Source: Candidatus Omnitrophota bacterium
Lineage (GTDB): Bacteria > Omnitrophota > Gorgyraeia > Zapsychrales > Fredricksoniimonadaceae
Assembly (NCBI GenBank): GCA_903860135.1
Contig: CAIOPG010000017.1
Location: 75,364 to 139,363, forward strand
Reading direction: 5' to 3'
DNA: 64,000 nucleotides
Part shown: in pieces, positions 26,128-37,202 of the stretch
Position numbering within the stretch: the stretch's first letter is position 1
How the letters are laid out: every line of letters starts with the position of its first letter
Program-made: the position numbers and the translations under genes
Notes under the pieces: model-generated
What the model was told of the DNA's origin: nothing
Databases searched by the model: none
The model's input: only the letters and a program-made list of their open reading frames with translations

Positions 26128-27108
26128 CTAACGGAGCATCTGGATTAAACGCAGACGTTCCTGATAAATATTGTTATCCCTTTTCTTTGCTTCGGACAAA
26201 GGAATGACGTTTAATTTATCACGAATCACGCCTAAAGCAACTCCAAAATTACCCTTGAGGATCTCCTCAACCGCCGCAACGCCCAGCCTCGTCGACAGAA
26301 GCCGATCCGCGCCGCACGGCGTGCCGCCGCGCATCACATGCCCCAGCACCACCGAACGCGTCTCTAAGCCTGTCATCTGGGTGATCGTTTGCGCCACAAC
26401 ATCCGCCTTGGCGCCGCCTTCAGCCGATACGATCATCCAGTTGACCTTGCCTTTTTTATTGCCCGCCCTGATATTGTCGCACATCAACTGATAGTCAGGC
26501 TTGAACTCGGGGACGATCACATCCTCGGCGCCTGCCGCCAGGGCCACTTCCATGGCGATATAACCCGAACGGTTCCCCATGACCTCGATGACAAAGATAC
26601 GTTCCATACTGCTGGCCGTATCACGCACCTTGTCAATGGCATCGAGCGCCGTATTGATCGCCGTATGACAGCCGATCGTCTGATCGGTGCCGTAAAGGTC
26701 ATTGTCGATGGTGCCAGGTATGCCCACCGCCGGAATATTCCATTTATGGAACAGGTCGCTGGCGCCCAGATACGAACCATCGCCGCCGATAACAACCAGG
26801 GCATCGATCTTGTGCTTCTTCAAAACCGCCACGGCTTTCGCCTGGCCTTTCTCGGTGCGAAAATCCTTCGAACGCGCCGTCTTTAAGATCGTGCCGCCGC
26901 GATTGATGATGTTCGATACCGACCGCGGCCCCATATCCACAAGGTCATTGTCGATAAGCCCCTGGTACCCGCGCATGATCCCTTCGACCTGCAACCCGTA
27001 GTTGATCCCCGAACGCACCACCGCCCGCAACGCCGCATTCATCCCCGGGCCATCGCCGCCGGAACAAAGCACGCCGATCTTCTTGAGCAATGACTGTTTC
27101 TTCTTCAT
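26128..27108 (-). CDS. pfkA: ATP-dependent 6-phosphofructokinase
   Basis: …GVLCSGGDGPGMNAA…, …GGDGSY…; 326 aa. Confidence 0.85.
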   Translation of the reverse strand: MKKKQSLLKKIGVLCSGGDGPGMNAALRAVVRSGINYGLQVEGIMRGYQGLIDNDLVDMGPRSVSNIINRGGTILKTARSKDFRTEKGQAKAVAVLKKHKIDALVVIGGDGSYLGASDLFHKWNIPAVGIPGTIDNDLYGTDQTIGCHTAINTALDAIDKVRDTASSMERIFVIEVMGNRSGYIAMEVALAAGAEDVIVPEFKPDYQLMCDNIRAGNKKGKVNWMIVSAEGGAKADVVAQTITQMTGLETRSVVLGHVMRGGTPCGADRLLSTRLGVAAVEEILKGNFGVALGVIRDKLNVIPLSEAKKRDNNIYQERLRLIQMLR

Positions 27109-27109
27109 A

Positions 27110-28801
27110 TTAGAAATCTCCGACGTTCATCTCGCGCGGATACACCACGCTGAGAGAATAAATAATTTCCTTCTTTTCATTCGGGCCAAGTTCAAATTCC
27201 CAGCGCCAGACCCCCTTGCGCTCTTTCCATTCTTTTTCATTCGGCTCAACATTAACGCTGTTGATCCTGACCTTGATCCGGTCATTTTGAGAAACCGGCA
27301 TGGCTTCAAAAAGGATAACCCTGGATTTTTGCGCTTTATTATTTTGAACCGTTAATTTCCGTTCGAGCTTGATCTCGATATTCGGCGACGCGATCCCCAT
27401 GACCAAAACATCATCTATCTTGCGCGATAACTGTTCACGCTTCACCTTAACATTCTCATCGACGCCCAGATAAAGGTCAAATTCTTCGCCGGGGCCGACC
27501 GCGTCGATGGTCGACTTGCCGATATAATCACCTTCGAGAAAAAGATTCACTTCTCCCGCCAGGAGCTGTATTTCCTTGTCATTGGTCACACGACTGCCAA
27601 GGAACGCATTGGTCACAGCCCTGGGATACGCCGAATACTTGAAATCTGCTTTCAGATTCTGGGAAATAACAGGGAACTTCGCCTCAACACCATCGGACTT
27701 GATGGAAACAGGACGCGCGATGGTATAAACAACAGATATCCCTTTCTGTGCCACATTGGCTGTTTGCACGACGGCTTCAGAAAGACTCGCCGGTGCTCCC
27801 TGCCCCAGCTCGGCAGAATCAAAAGCTTCCGCTTTAAAAAGCATCGCTTTGCGTGCGACCTTCTTATCTACGTTGGCATTGGAGGAATAATATGGTTCAT
27901 ACTGAAGCCCGTTGAGCAGTAAAGATTCCACCTGCGGCATGCGTCCGCCAAGGGCCGGATCAACCGTTGACAGCGCCAGCGTCACATTTTCCCAGTCTTC
28001 GCCCGTAACATTGCGGATCACCCCAAACAGCGTGAGGCCGATCTCGGACTGTTCATACTGCGTCCTGGCATCGTACACCGGGCGCCAGGAGGCTCCGCCG
28101 ACAAGATAAGAAACCTCGAGGACAAAATCCCCCGGCTGATCGCAGGCCACCTCCACCACGATGGAACGCTTCACTTTGGCTGCAGGTGAATTCTGAAGCT
28201 CCGCCAGCTGGCGTTGCAACACATTCTTTTCCTTCAGGAGCTCACGTTCTTTCAGCCGCAGCTCTTCCCGCCGCGCTTCGATCTGCACCGCACTGACCGA
28301 CAAAAAATCATAAATACCGGCAAGGTATTCACGGGCCGGCATCTGCGACACCAGCTCTTTGGGCAATTCATTGCCGGCATAAAGATTGATCGACGCCAGA
28401 TATTTGTCTTTGCGTTCGATCACCTTACCTTCATTGTGCAACACAGCGATCGCATCATCGAGCGCCACGAGCTGCTCCTGCACCTCCGCAACCCGGGGAT
28501 CTGCCGCCTGTTGAAGGTATTCACGCTTGAGGCTGGCCCCGTAGATACGGACCCTGGCCTCGCCCTGCCCCGCCACTGTCAGCGAATTCTCATCAAATTC
28601 AGAAAGGATATCCGTTAGGACAATGCTCTGTTCCCCCGCCTTGAGCCGCACCGCCGCCTGCCGCGTGATGCGCGCCGATTGCTGATAGATCATCACCGAA
28701 GAAACCTTCGATACCCCGGCCACACTTAACGCGTAGGCATCGCCCAAAGGCAAACATACCAGCGCCGCGAGCAAACATACTGACTTAAGGATAAATTTCA
28801 T
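27110..28801 (-). CDS. secreted DUF4139/DUF4140 (MuiA-like) protein
   Basis: Signal peptide MKFILKSVCLLAALVCLPLGDAYA; long coiled-coil then beta-rich C-terminus typical of the family. Confidence 0.6.
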   Translation of the reverse strand: MKFILKSVCLLAALVCLPLGDAYALSVAGVSKVSSVMIYQQSARITRQAAVRLKAGEQSIVLTDILSEFDENSLTVAGQGEARVRIYGASLKREYLQQAADPRVAEVQEQLVALDDAIAVLHNEGKVIERKDKYLASINLYAGNELPKELVSQMPAREYLAGIYDFLSVSAVQIEARREELRLKERELLKEKNVLQRQLAELQNSPAAKVKRSIVVEVACDQPGDFVLEVSYLVGGASWRPVYDARTQYEQSEIGLTLFGVIRNVTGEDWENVTLALSTVDPALGGRMPQVESLLLNGLQYEPYYSSNANVDKKVARKAMLFKAEAFDSAELGQGAPASLSEAVVQTANVAQKGISVVYTIARPVSIKSDGVEAKFPVISQNLKADFKYSAYPRAVTNAFLGSRVTNDKEIQLLAGEVNLFLEGDYIGKSTIDAVGPGEEFDLYLGVDENVKVKREQLSRKIDDVLVMGIASPNIEIKLERKLTVQNNKAQKSRVILFEAMPVSQNDRIKVRINSVNVEPNEKEWKERKGVWRWEFELGPNEKKEIIYSLSVVYPREMNVGDF

Positions 28802-28828
28802 AACAAAGATCCTTTCTGAATTATTGGA

Positions 28829-30232
28829 TCAATAACGATAATGCTCTGGCTTATACGGCCCATTCACATTCAACCCCAGATACTTCGCCTGTTTCGGTGT
28901 CAGGCGTGTCAGTTTGACCCCTACATTTTCCAAATGCAAGCGCGCCACTTCCTCATCGAGATGTTTCGGCAAACGGTAAACCCCGACCGCATATTCTTTC
29001 GTCCACAGCTCAAGCTGGGCGAGTGTCTGGTTGGTGAAAGAATTCGACATGACAAAAGACGGATGGCCTGTCGCACAGCCCAGGTTCACCAAACGGCCTT
29101 CGGCCAGAAGAATAATGGCATGGCCATCAGGGAAAATGTACTTGTCGACCTGGGGCTTGATATTGATATGTTCGATACCCTTAAACTTCACCAGGTCGCC
29201 GACGGCGATCTCATTGTCAAAATGGCCGATGTTGCACACAATCGCCTGATCACGCATCTGCTTCATGTGTTCCAGCGTGATAATCTCACAATTACCAGTT
29301 GTCGTTACATAAATATTCGCCTCGGGCAGGGCATCCTCGACGGTCTTGACTTCAAAGCCTTCCATGGCCGCCTGCAACGCACAGATCGGGTCGATCTCGG
29401 TCACGATCACGCGTGCCCCGTAATACCGCAGGGAATGCGCACAGCCCTTGCCCACATCGCCATAACCGCAAACAACCGCCACTTTACCGGCGATCATGAT
29501 ATCCGTCGCGCGCTTGATCCCGTCGGCCAAAGACTCGCGGCAACCGTACAGATTGTCAAACTTGGATTTGGTGACCGAATCATTGACATTGAACGCCGGG
29601 AACAGGAGCTTCTTATCCTGCATCATCTGATACAAACGGTGCACGCCCGTTGTCGTCTCCTCGGAAACGCCCTTGATCTTGGGCGTGATGCGATGCCAAA
29701 GCTTCGGGTCTTCCTTGAGCGCCTTCTTCAGGCACAACAATAACTGCTTTTCATCATCCCCCTCGACCTTGCGATCGAGGACCTTGGGATTCTTTTCCGC
29801 TTCGAGCCCCAAATGCACCATCATGGTCGCGTCCCCGCCGTCATCAACGATCAGGTCCGGCCCGTTACCATCAGGGAATACCAGGGCCTTCTGCGTGCAC
29901 CACCAGTATTCTTCGAGCGTTTCCCCTTTCCACGCAAAAACCGGGATCCCCAGATCCGCGACCGCGGCCGCCGCCTGATCCTGCGTCGAGAAAATGTTAC
30001 AGCTCGCCCAGCGCACATCCGCCCCCAGCGCCACCAGCGTCTTGATCAACACGGCGGTTTCGATGGTCATGTGCAACGAGCCCATGATGCGCGCCCCCTT
30101 GAGCGGCTTTTTCTTGCCGTACTTGCGGCGCAAGGACATCAGCCCCGGCATTTCTTTCTCGGCCATGTCGATCTGTTTATGACCAAGCTCGGCGAGTGTT
30201 ATATCTTTGACTTTGTATTCATTGGCTGACAT
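28829..30232 (-). CDS. ahcY: adenosylhomocysteinase
   Basis: 467 aa; NAD-binding …[13 protein letters not shown]… signature. Confidence 0.9.
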   Translation of the reverse strand: MSANEYKVKDITLAELGHKQIDMAEKEMPGLMSLRRKYGKKKPLKGARIMGSLHMTIETAVLIKTLVALGADVRWASCNIFSTQDQAAAAVADLGIPVFAWKGETLEEYWWCTQKALVFPDGNGPDLIVDDGGDATMMVHLGLEAEKNPKVLDRKVEGDDEKQLLLCLKKALKEDPKLWHRITPKIKGVSEETTTGVHRLYQMMQDKKLLFPAFNVNDSVTKSKFDNLYGCRESLADGIKRATDIMIAGKVAVVCGYGDVGKGCAHSLRYYGARVIVTEIDPICALQAAMEGFEVKTVEDALPEANIYVTTTGNCEIITLEHMKQMRDQAIVCNIGHFDNEIAVGDLVKFKGIEHINIKPQVDKYIFPDGHAIILLAEGRLVNLGCATGHPSFVMSNSFTNQTLAQLELWTKEYAVGVYRLPKHLDEEVARLHLENVGVKLTRLTPKQAKYLGLNVNGPYKPEHYRY

Positions 30233-30264
30233 GAGAGGGTATCCCTTGATGTTAGAAATGAAGA

Positions 30265-30291
30265 CGCCTGCCCGTTCTTCACAGGCAGGCG
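30265..30291 (-). terminator. stem-loop (CGCCTGCC…GGCAGGCG) followed by T-rich tract downstream of metK
   Basis: Minus strand CGCCTGCCtgtgaagaacGGGCAGGCGtcttcatttct. Confidence 0.35.
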
Positions 30292-30307
30292 AACCTCATC
30301 GATTGAT

Positions 30308-31465
30308 TTAGATCTTGGCGTCTTTGCTCAACTTGGCCGACATGTCTGTCTTTTCCCAGGTGAACGCCGGATTGCCAAAATGCCCGTACGCCGCTGTCTG
30401 ACGGAACACCGGCTTGCGCAGATCAAGCTTCTTGATAATGCCCGCCGGTGTCAGGTCGAAATTCTTGCGGATAAGCTCAACGATCTTTTCTTCGGTGATC
30501 TTGCCTGTGCCCATGGTATCCACAAAAACACTCAATGGCTCGGCCTTGCCAATAACATAGCTCAGCTGAATGAGGCACTTGTCCGCAATGCCTGCCGCGA
30601 CAATGTTCTTGGTGATATACCGCGCCATATAGGCCGCCGAACGGTCCACCTTCGTCGGATCTTTGCCGGAGAACGCGCCGCCGCCGTGCGGCACGATCCC
30701 GCCGTAGGTATCCACAATGATCTTGCGCCCGGTAACACCCGTATCAGACTGCGGTCCGCCGACCACGAACTTGCCCGTCTGATTGATATAGAACTTTGTA
30801 TTCTTGTCGATCAGCTTCCCGACGATCGGCATGGCCACGACCTTGATGATCTCCGCGCGCGCCTTGTCCGTGATCTTCTTGCCGGTCTTGTCGAGTATCT
30901 TCTCCGTATGCTGGCAGGCTAGGACAACCGTATCAATACGCTTGGGGTGCCCGTCAACATATTCAACCGTAACCTGGCTCTTGCAATCCGGGCCGAGGTA
31001 ATCAAGGGTCTTGTCCTTACGCACCTTCTCGACACGCTTGACCAGCGCATGCGCCAGCGTGATCGGCAACGGCATCAGTTCTTTGGTTTCATTGGTCGCA
31101 TACCCATACATGATCCCCTGGTCGCCGGCACCGCCCGCGTCAACCCCCTGGGAAATGTCCGGTGACTGACGGTTGATCGCGTTCAGGATCGCGCAGGTCG
31201 CCCCGTCAAACCCGTAAGCCTGGCTGGTATACCCTATATCCTTTAACACATCGCGCACAAGTTTATGCACGTCCACATAGGTCGTGGTCGTGATCTCACC
31301 GCCGACAATCACAAGCCCGGCGCTGACAAAGGTCTCGCACGCCACACGACCCTTGGGGTCATCTTTGAGCACCGCATCAAGCACCGCATCCGAAATCTGG
31401 TCGCAAACCTTGTCCGGATGCCCATTACCCACTGATTCCGAAGTGATAAAATAATTGCCTTTCAC
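30308..31465 (-). CDS. metK: S-adenosylmethionine synthetase
   Basis: …[21 protein letters not shown]…; start refined to GTG with AAAGGA RBS. Confidence 0.9.
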   Translation of the reverse strand: MKGNYFITSESVGNGHPDKVCDQISDAVLDAVLKDDPKGRVACETFVSAGLVIVGGEITTTTYVDVHKLVRDVLKDIGYTSQAYGFDGATCAILNAINRQSPDISQGVDAGGAGDQGIMYGYATNETKELMPLPITLAHALVKRVEKVRKDKTLDYLGPDCKSQVTVEYVDGHPKRIDTVVLACQHTEKILDKTGKKITDKARAEIIKVVAMPIVGKLIDKNTKFYINQTGKFVVGGPQSDTGVTGRKIIVDTYGGIVPHGGGAFSGKDPTKVDRSAAYMARYITKNIVAAGIADKCLIQLSYVIGKAEPLSVFVDTMGTGKITEEKIVELIRKNFDLTPAGIIKKLDLRKPVFRQTAAYGHFGNPAFTWEKTDMSAKLSKDAKI

Positions 31466-31507
31466 GTGTCGATCCTTTCTTCTATGGTTTACAAAATGAC
31501 ACTGCAA

Positions 31508-32248
31508 CTAATCTCTATAATCCCGCTGGGCATGGTCGTATGCCTCAAGACTGCCGATATCATACCATTTTCCATTAAATTTAAAACCATAAACAATATT
31601 TTTTTTATAAAGCCACTGCAAGAACCCACCGGTCGTATCCGTAGCGTTCGTCTCGGTCACATACTGCCGGATCATGGCCTGCATTTCTTTTGGAAAATAA
31701 TAAAGGCACATGGAAATAAGGCTTGTGCGCGGTGCCTTGGGTTTTTCTTCCAAAGAAAGGATCCGCCCGTCATCGGCAAACTCAAGAACCCCGTAAATGG
31801 ATGCCGCAGCTGTATCGCGGATATCATACGCGCCCACCGAAGCATAACCGCCCCGGCTTTGCGCAGAGCGCACAAAAGCCTCAACCCCGGCATCAAATAA
31901 ATTGTCACTGCCCGCCACCAGCCAGTCAACCGGTTCCTTTTCCTTATCGAGGACAAAAAGAATATCTCCCACGGCACCGAGGCGTTCGTGCGGCGATTTT
32001 GTACCGTCATTGATCACACGCACAGGAAATGGCAGGACTGTCTTTTGTGATGCCCACGACTCGATCTGCGAGGCAAACTTGTCATTGGTCACCACACAAA
32101 CCTCGTCGATCCCCTCAACCTTGATGAATTTCTCAAGCACATGGTCAATGAGGGTTTTGCCGCACACCTCTAATAGCGCTTTGGGAATATCTTTGACAAC
32201 AGGATAGAGGCGCGTGCCATACCCTCCGGCGAGAATCAGGACTTTCAC
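31508..32248 (-). CDS. sugar-phosphate nucleotidyltransferase (NTP_transferase fold)
   Basis: MKVLILAGGYGTRLYP… G-x-G-T-R motif. Confidence 0.7.
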   Translation of the reverse strand: MKVLILAGGYGTRLYPVVKDIPKALLEVCGKTLIDHVLEKFIKVEGIDEVCVVTNDKFASQIESWASQKTVLPFPVRVINDGTKSPHERLGAVGDILFVLDKEKEPVDWLVAGSDNLFDAGVEAFVRSAQSRGGYASVGAYDIRDTAAASIYGVLEFADDGRILSLEEKPKAPRTSLISMCLYYFPKEMQAMIRQYVTETNATDTTGGFLQWLYKKNIVYGFKFNGKWYDIGSLEAYDHAQRDYRD

Positions 32249-34030
32249 TGAATTTCCCCGTTATAATTGTAAAGCTCGGGAACAAGCCGGGTCAACTCCG
32301 TGACCATAAACTCTTCCACTTCCGCTCCGGTGCTAAGCCTTAAGGCTTGCCGCGCCAGCTCCTGCGCGTCAGAAAAACGAATACGGGATAGAGCACGCTT
32401 GATCACGGGAATACTCGATGGCGACATGCTGAAAGAATCAAGCCCGAGCCCCAAAAGGATAACCGCCAACGTCGGATCACTGGCCATCTCACCGCAGACG
32501 CTGACTTTGATATTGGCATCATGCGCCGCACTGATCGTACGCCGGATCAGCCGCAGTACCGCCGGATGCCCGGGCTCATAAAACTGCGCCATTTTTTCAT
32601 TGGCACGATCAACCGCCAGTGTGTACTGAATAAGGTCATTGGTGCCGATACTGAAGAAGTTGCATTCCTTGGCCAAAAGGTCGGCTGTCATCGCGGCCGA
32701 AGGCACTTCAATCATCACCCCTACCGGCATATTCTCATTAAAAGGGATGCCCTTTTCACGCAACCGCTGCTTGACACCCAGCAAAATACTGTTGGCCGCG
32801 CGGAGCTCTCCCGGTCCGGCAATCATCGGATACATCATGGCAACGTTCCCATGGGCTGAAGCCCTGAGGATCGCCCGCAACTGAGTGCGAAATATTTCCG
32901 GCTCTTCCAAACAAAGCCTGATCGCGCGCGATCCCAAAAATGGCACCATTTCCCTGGGCAACTGAATGCTGGAAATAAATTTATCACCGCCGAGGTCAAG
33001 GGTGCGGATCACCACAGAATGCGGTGCAATTCCCTCAGCAATTTTCCGATAAGCCCGGTATTGTTCTTCTTCCGTCGGAAGATCAAGGCGGTTCATGTAA
33101 AAGAATTCGGTGCGGTAAAGGCCGATCCCCTCAGCCCTGTATTTCTTGACAGCAGGCATCTCGCCATCCATCTCAAAATTAGCTGTAAGCACAATACGCC
33201 GGCCGTCTTTGGTCTCCGACGGCATATCCTGCGTATTGGCCAGGGACCCCTCATACAAGGCGATCTTTGCCTGTTCGCTGATATAAAGAGCCAGTGTCGC
33301 TTCCGTAGGGTTAATGATCACAACCCCTTTACGCCCGTCGATAATAATATTATCCTGATTACTGATGCGCAACGTCGCATCTTTCAACCCTAAGACAGCA
33401 GGCACGCCCAACGACTTGGCAATGATCGCCGTATGCGCTGTCCGACCGCCGATGTCGGTGACAAACCCCCTGATCCTCTTGTTGTACATGGTAACCGCAT
33501 CCGACGGCGAAATATCATGCGCGACAATAACGATCTCACCGGAAAGCTGCTCAAAATCATGGATCCGTGTCTCTCCCATAAGGTGCTTCAAAACCCTGCG
33601 CCCGACATCTTCCACGTCGGCCGAACGTTCCTTGATATAGGCATCCTCGATCTTTTTAAAGACGCCCACATAATGTTTCAGGATTTTGGAAAAAACACTC
33701 TCGGCACTGCATTTATCGGACTTGATCCGCTTCTTGACCTCGTCAATGAGCATGCAATCCTCAAGGACAAGCAGGTGCGCATCAAATATCTGGGCATCGA
33801 TCGCCCCCACCTGCGCGGTGATCTTTTCCTTGATACCCTGGATTTCACGGCGTGTATCACTGACCGCTTCCTCAAAACGTGCGATCTCGACCAACACCTC
33901 TCCCTCGGTAATGGCACGTTCAGGAACAATAAAATCCTGCTGATCCATGAGAAACGCAGAACCGATGGCGATGCCTGGAGCCGCAGGTATTCCTTTGAGG
34001 ACAAATTCTGTCTTAATCTTCTTTACCAAG
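32245..34030 (-). CDS. ptsI: phosphoenolpyruvate-protein phosphotransferase (enzyme I); probable TTG start overlapping ptsH 3' end
   Basis: …VLKGIPAAPGIAIGSAF…, …GGRTAHTAI(I)AK…; GGAGG RBS 7 nt before TTG. Confidence 0.85.
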
Positions 34031-34276
34031 ATAGGCCTCCAGCTCCGCCAACATCTTTTCCGCGTCATCCCCGTCAGCGATCATGGTCAATTCACTGCCG
34101 CAATCAGCGCCGATCATGAGGATGCCCATAATGGATTTGCCGTTGACCTCTTCACCACTTTTACGGATCGTCACATCCGATGTGTATTTGTTGGCCAGCT
34201 GGACAAACATGGCGGCAGGGCGCGCGTGCAGACCCTGTTTACTCTTGACAATAATGGTTTTTTCAATTTTGGGCAT
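34013..34276 (-). CDS. ptsH: phosphocarrier protein HPr
   Basis: 87 aa; …KSKQGLHARPAAMFVQ… His-15 region. Confidence 0.85.
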   Translation of the reverse strand: MPKIEKTIIVKSKQGLHARPAAMFVQLANKYTSDVTIRKSGEEVNGKSIMGILMIGADCGSELTMIADGDDAEKMLAELEAYLGKED

Positions 34277-34282
34277 AATTTA

Positions 34283-35527
34283 TTAACGCCTGATGACCCG
34301 GTTACGTTCAATCGCGCTGATAAGCACGCGTGTTAATTTATGTGAATCATGCCGGACAAAATCCCTGACGCCGACAATGTCTTCACTGAAAACCTTGTAC
34401 CCCATGGCACGGATCTCGTCGGCATCAGCTTCGACAGGGATGGACTGCTCCTGGCGATACCGTGAAAGCGTGGCAGGATCACTGATGACGCTCGCATTGA
34501 TGACCACCGCATCAAGGATGCCGCGCTGGGTATGATCGATGAGCGCGCGCACATGAGCACTGGCCGTATACCCCTCGGTCTCGCCGCGCTGGGTCATCAC
34601 ATTACAAACATAAATGCGCAACGCTGATGCCTGCGCAATAGCCTCAGGGATCCCCGGAATAACCAGATTGGGCAAGACGCTGGTATAAAGACTGCCGGGG
34701 CCAAGGATAATAACATCTGCCTCACGGATAGCCTCGAGCGCGTCCTTGTTAGGCTCGGCGTTCGACGGATTCAAAAAAACACGCTCAATGGGAACCCCCG
34801 AACGCGGGATCCTTGCTTCACCCTCGGTGATCTTGCCGTCTTTATATCTGGCAACAAGATGCACATTTGTTACCGTTGACGGCACAACCTTGCCGCGGAT
34901 AGCCAAAACCTTGCTCGTCAGCTCTACCGCCTGACGAAAATCACGATTGCCCACCTCATAAAGCGCCGTCAAAAAAAGATTCCCGAAATTATGGCCTTTA
35001 AGTTCCGATTTTTCGGGAAAACGATATTGAAAAAGATCCCCCATGATGCCCGGCGCATCGGCCAGCGCCACAAGGCAATTACGGATATCTCCGGGTGCTA
35101 CTATATCAAATTGTTCACGCAAACGCCCCGACGATCCGCCGCTATCAGCCACCGTCACAATCGCCGTGATATTCCCGGTATATTCCTTGAGCGCCAACAG
35201 CAAATTGGAAAGGCCATGACCGCCCCCGATCGCCACGATCTTCGGCCCCCGCTCGAGAAACCGCCGTTGATAAAGAATATTGACCAGATCCTGTTCCCGG
35301 CGTGGAAGAAAAATCGTGATCAATGATGTTGTCATCTTGCCAATGCCCAGTGTCGTAAAGACAATCCCGCAAAGGAAAATGAAAACACCCAATGAACTGA
35401 CATACGGATGAGGATAAGCAGAAAAATACGCGCCAAAGGCGACGATACAAACACCAAGAAGCGAGGTCAGCGCCCACCGCTTGACCTGCATGCCGGGATA
35501 CAGCCACTTAAAAAGATTGTTGGCCAT
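34283..35527 (-). CDS. YvcK/UPF0052 (CofD-like) family protein with N-terminal TM segments
   Basis: …KIVAIGGGHGLSNLLLAL… family signature. Confidence 0.75.
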   Translation of the reverse strand: MANNLFKWLYPGMQVKRWALTSLLGVCIVAFGAYFSAYPHPYVSSLGVFIFLCGIVFTTLGIGKMTTSLITIFLPRREQDLVNILYQRRFLERGPKIVAIGGGHGLSNLLLALKEYTGNITAIVTVADSGGSSGRLREQFDIVAPGDIRNCLVALADAPGIMGDLFQYRFPEKSELKGHNFGNLFLTALYEVGNRDFRQAVELTSKVLAIRGKVVPSTVTNVHLVARYKDGKITEGEARIPRSGVPIERVFLNPSNAEPNKDALEAIREADVIILGPGSLYTSVLPNLVIPGIPEAIAQASALRIYVCNVMTQRGETEGYTASAHVRALIDHTQRGILDAVVINASVISDPATLSRYRQEQSIPVEADADEIRAMGYKVFSEDIVGVRDFVRHDSHKLTRVLISAIERNRVIRR

Positions 35528-35533
35528 TAACCT

Positions 35534-36004
35534 TTAACTGAGCTGGGCGTCTTCGCGGGCGACAAGCTCAAGAATCCCATTCTTGTCTTTAACAGCCTTC
35601 AAACTTTCACGAAAATATTTATCCTTGAGAAGCCGTGCCACACGCGCTAAAGCTTTTAAATGAGGACCTGCTGAATCAATGGGCGCTGCCAAAAGAAAAA
35701 ATATATGGGCAGGTTCACCATCCAGGGCATCAAAATCGATCCCCTTCTTACTGATAGCCAAACCAGCAACCAGCTTATCGACACAATCCGTCTTACCGTG
35801 AGGAATAGCGATCCCCTGGCCAATGGCCGTTGACCCCAGTGCTTCGCGCGCCAAAAGCACATCAATGATCTTTAACTTGTGCTTCTTTTCGAAGGCTCCA
35901 CAATCAACCATCATGGTGGCCATTTCTTCAATAAGCTCTTTTTTGGTTGTTGCTTTTAAATCGGCGGTCACGGCGTCGGGACAAAGGAAATCAAGGATCT
36001 TCAT
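35534..36004 (-). CDS. ptsN: PTS EIIA (PtsN/fructose-type)
   Basis: …GQGIAIPHGK… phosphorylatable His motif; 156 aa. Confidence 0.75.
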   Translation of the reverse strand: MKILDFLCPDAVTADLKATTKKELIEEMATMMVDCGAFEKKHKLKIIDVLLAREALGSTAIGQGIAIPHGKTDCVDKLVAGLAISKKGIDFDALDGEPAHIFFLLAAPIDSAGPHLKALARVARLLKDKYFRESLKAVKDKNGILELVAREDAQLS

Positions 36005-36091
36005 AAGCGGGGAAAGCCTCCTGACTGGTGAAATATCCGTACCAGCATAGAACGATCTATGCTGGCGACGATCGGGATATTAAATTAAAAA

Positions 36092-36165
36092 GCGGCGGAA
36101 GGGATTCGAACCCTCGACATCCACCTTGGCAAGGTGGCATTCTAGCCAACTGAATTACCGCCGCA
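36092..36165 (-). tRNA. tRNA-Gly (GCC)
   Basis: gcggcggtaattcagttggctagaatgccaccttGCCaaggtggatgtcgagggttcgaatcccttccgccgct cloverleaf. Confidence 0.85.
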
Positions 36166-36262
36166 TATGAACCAACTTTTAAAGATCTGAACGAAAAACT
36201 GAAAAAAGATTATTCTATAATATCATCGTCGAAACGATAGTCAACACCAAAAAAAGAAAAAC

Positions 36263-36345
36263 AAGTCCTCTTTTCTAAAACATGGGCGGAAGAGGACTTG
36301 GCACCCCTTCGGGGTTGGCCACCCGCCCCGACCAGATCATCCTCC
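36263..36345 (-). repeat. degenerate tRNA-Leu 3'-half copy including a 38-bp perfect direct repeat of the tRNA-Leu 3' end/downstream region
   Basis: aagtcctcttttctaaaacatgggcggaagaggacttg occurs at 36263-36300 and 36374-36411; 36283-36345 retains anticodon-stem, variant variable arm, T-arm and acceptor 3' strand. Confidence 0.5.
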
Positions 36346-36393
36346 TTTTGTCGGATGAATCGGGGCTCCTTTCAAGTCCTCTTTTCTAAAACA

Positions 36394-36475
36394 TGGGCGG
36401 AAGAGGACTTGAACCTCCATCCCTTGCGGGACCAGATCCTAAGTCTGGCGCGTCTGCCAATTTCGCCATCCGCCC
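36394..36475 (-). tRNA. tRNA-Leu (TAG)
   Basis: Long variable arm, anticodon loop cuUAGga. Confidence 0.85.
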
Positions 36476-36504
36476 GTAATATGTGTAATACAAAAAATAA
36501 AAAA

Positions 36505-36577
36505 TGACCCACCCGCGACTCGAACGCGGCACACCAGCCTTAAAAGGGCTGTGCTCTACCAGATGAGCTAGTGGGTC
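36505..36577 (-). tRNA. tRNA-Lys (TTT)
   Basis: gacccactagctcatctggtagagcacagcccTTTTaaggctg… cloverleaf. Confidence 0.85.
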
Positions 36578-36629
36578 AAAAATATTCAAAGAGCAAAAAA
36601 CACACACCCGCTGTGTAAAGAAATGCGGG

Positions 36630-37190
36630 CTAAATACTCAACAATTCCTTATTCTTCTTTTCAAGCACCGCATCGACTTCTTTAATATATTTATCGGTCA
36701 ACTTCTGAACTTCTTCCTGACCTTTGAATTCATCATCCTGAGAAACAACATTATCTTTCTTTAACTTCGAAATTCTTTCATTCTCATCCCTGCGGATCGC
36801 TCTCAGGGCAATCCTGCCCTTTTCGGCAATCTCTTTGGCGACCTTGGCCATTTCCTTACGGCGCTCCTCGGATAAAGGCGGCACCACCAAACGGATAACC
36901 TTGCCGTCATTGTTCGGCGTGATCCCAAGCTTTGAACCCAGAATGGCTCTTTCTATCTCGGCCAAAGCACTGGGATCCCAAGGCTGAATGATCAAGCAAC
37001 TCGCATCTGGCGTTGAAACAGCCGCTATTTGTTTGACGGGTGTTGGTGTGCCATAATAATCAACATATAATTCTTCGACCAAAGCCGGGTGTGCCCGACC
37101 TGTTCTCACCTCACCAAATTCCCGGACAACAGACTCGACCGCCTTCTTCATCCGCGCTTCAGTTTCATGAATCGTTTCACGTAAGCCCAT
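36630..37190 (-). CDS. frr: ribosome recycling factor
   Basis: 186 aa, conserved RRF sequence. Confidence 0.9.
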   Translation of the reverse strand: MGLRETIHETEARMKKAVESVVREFGEVRTGRAHPALVEELYVDYYGTPTPVKQIAAVSTPDASCLIIQPWDPSALAEIERAILGSKLGITPNNDGKVIRLVVPPLSEERRKEMAKVAKEIAEKGRIALRAIRRDENERISKLKKDNVVSQDDEFKGQEEVQKLTDKYIKEVDAVLEKKNKELLSI

Positions 37191-37202
37191 ACAAGCCCCC
37201 TT

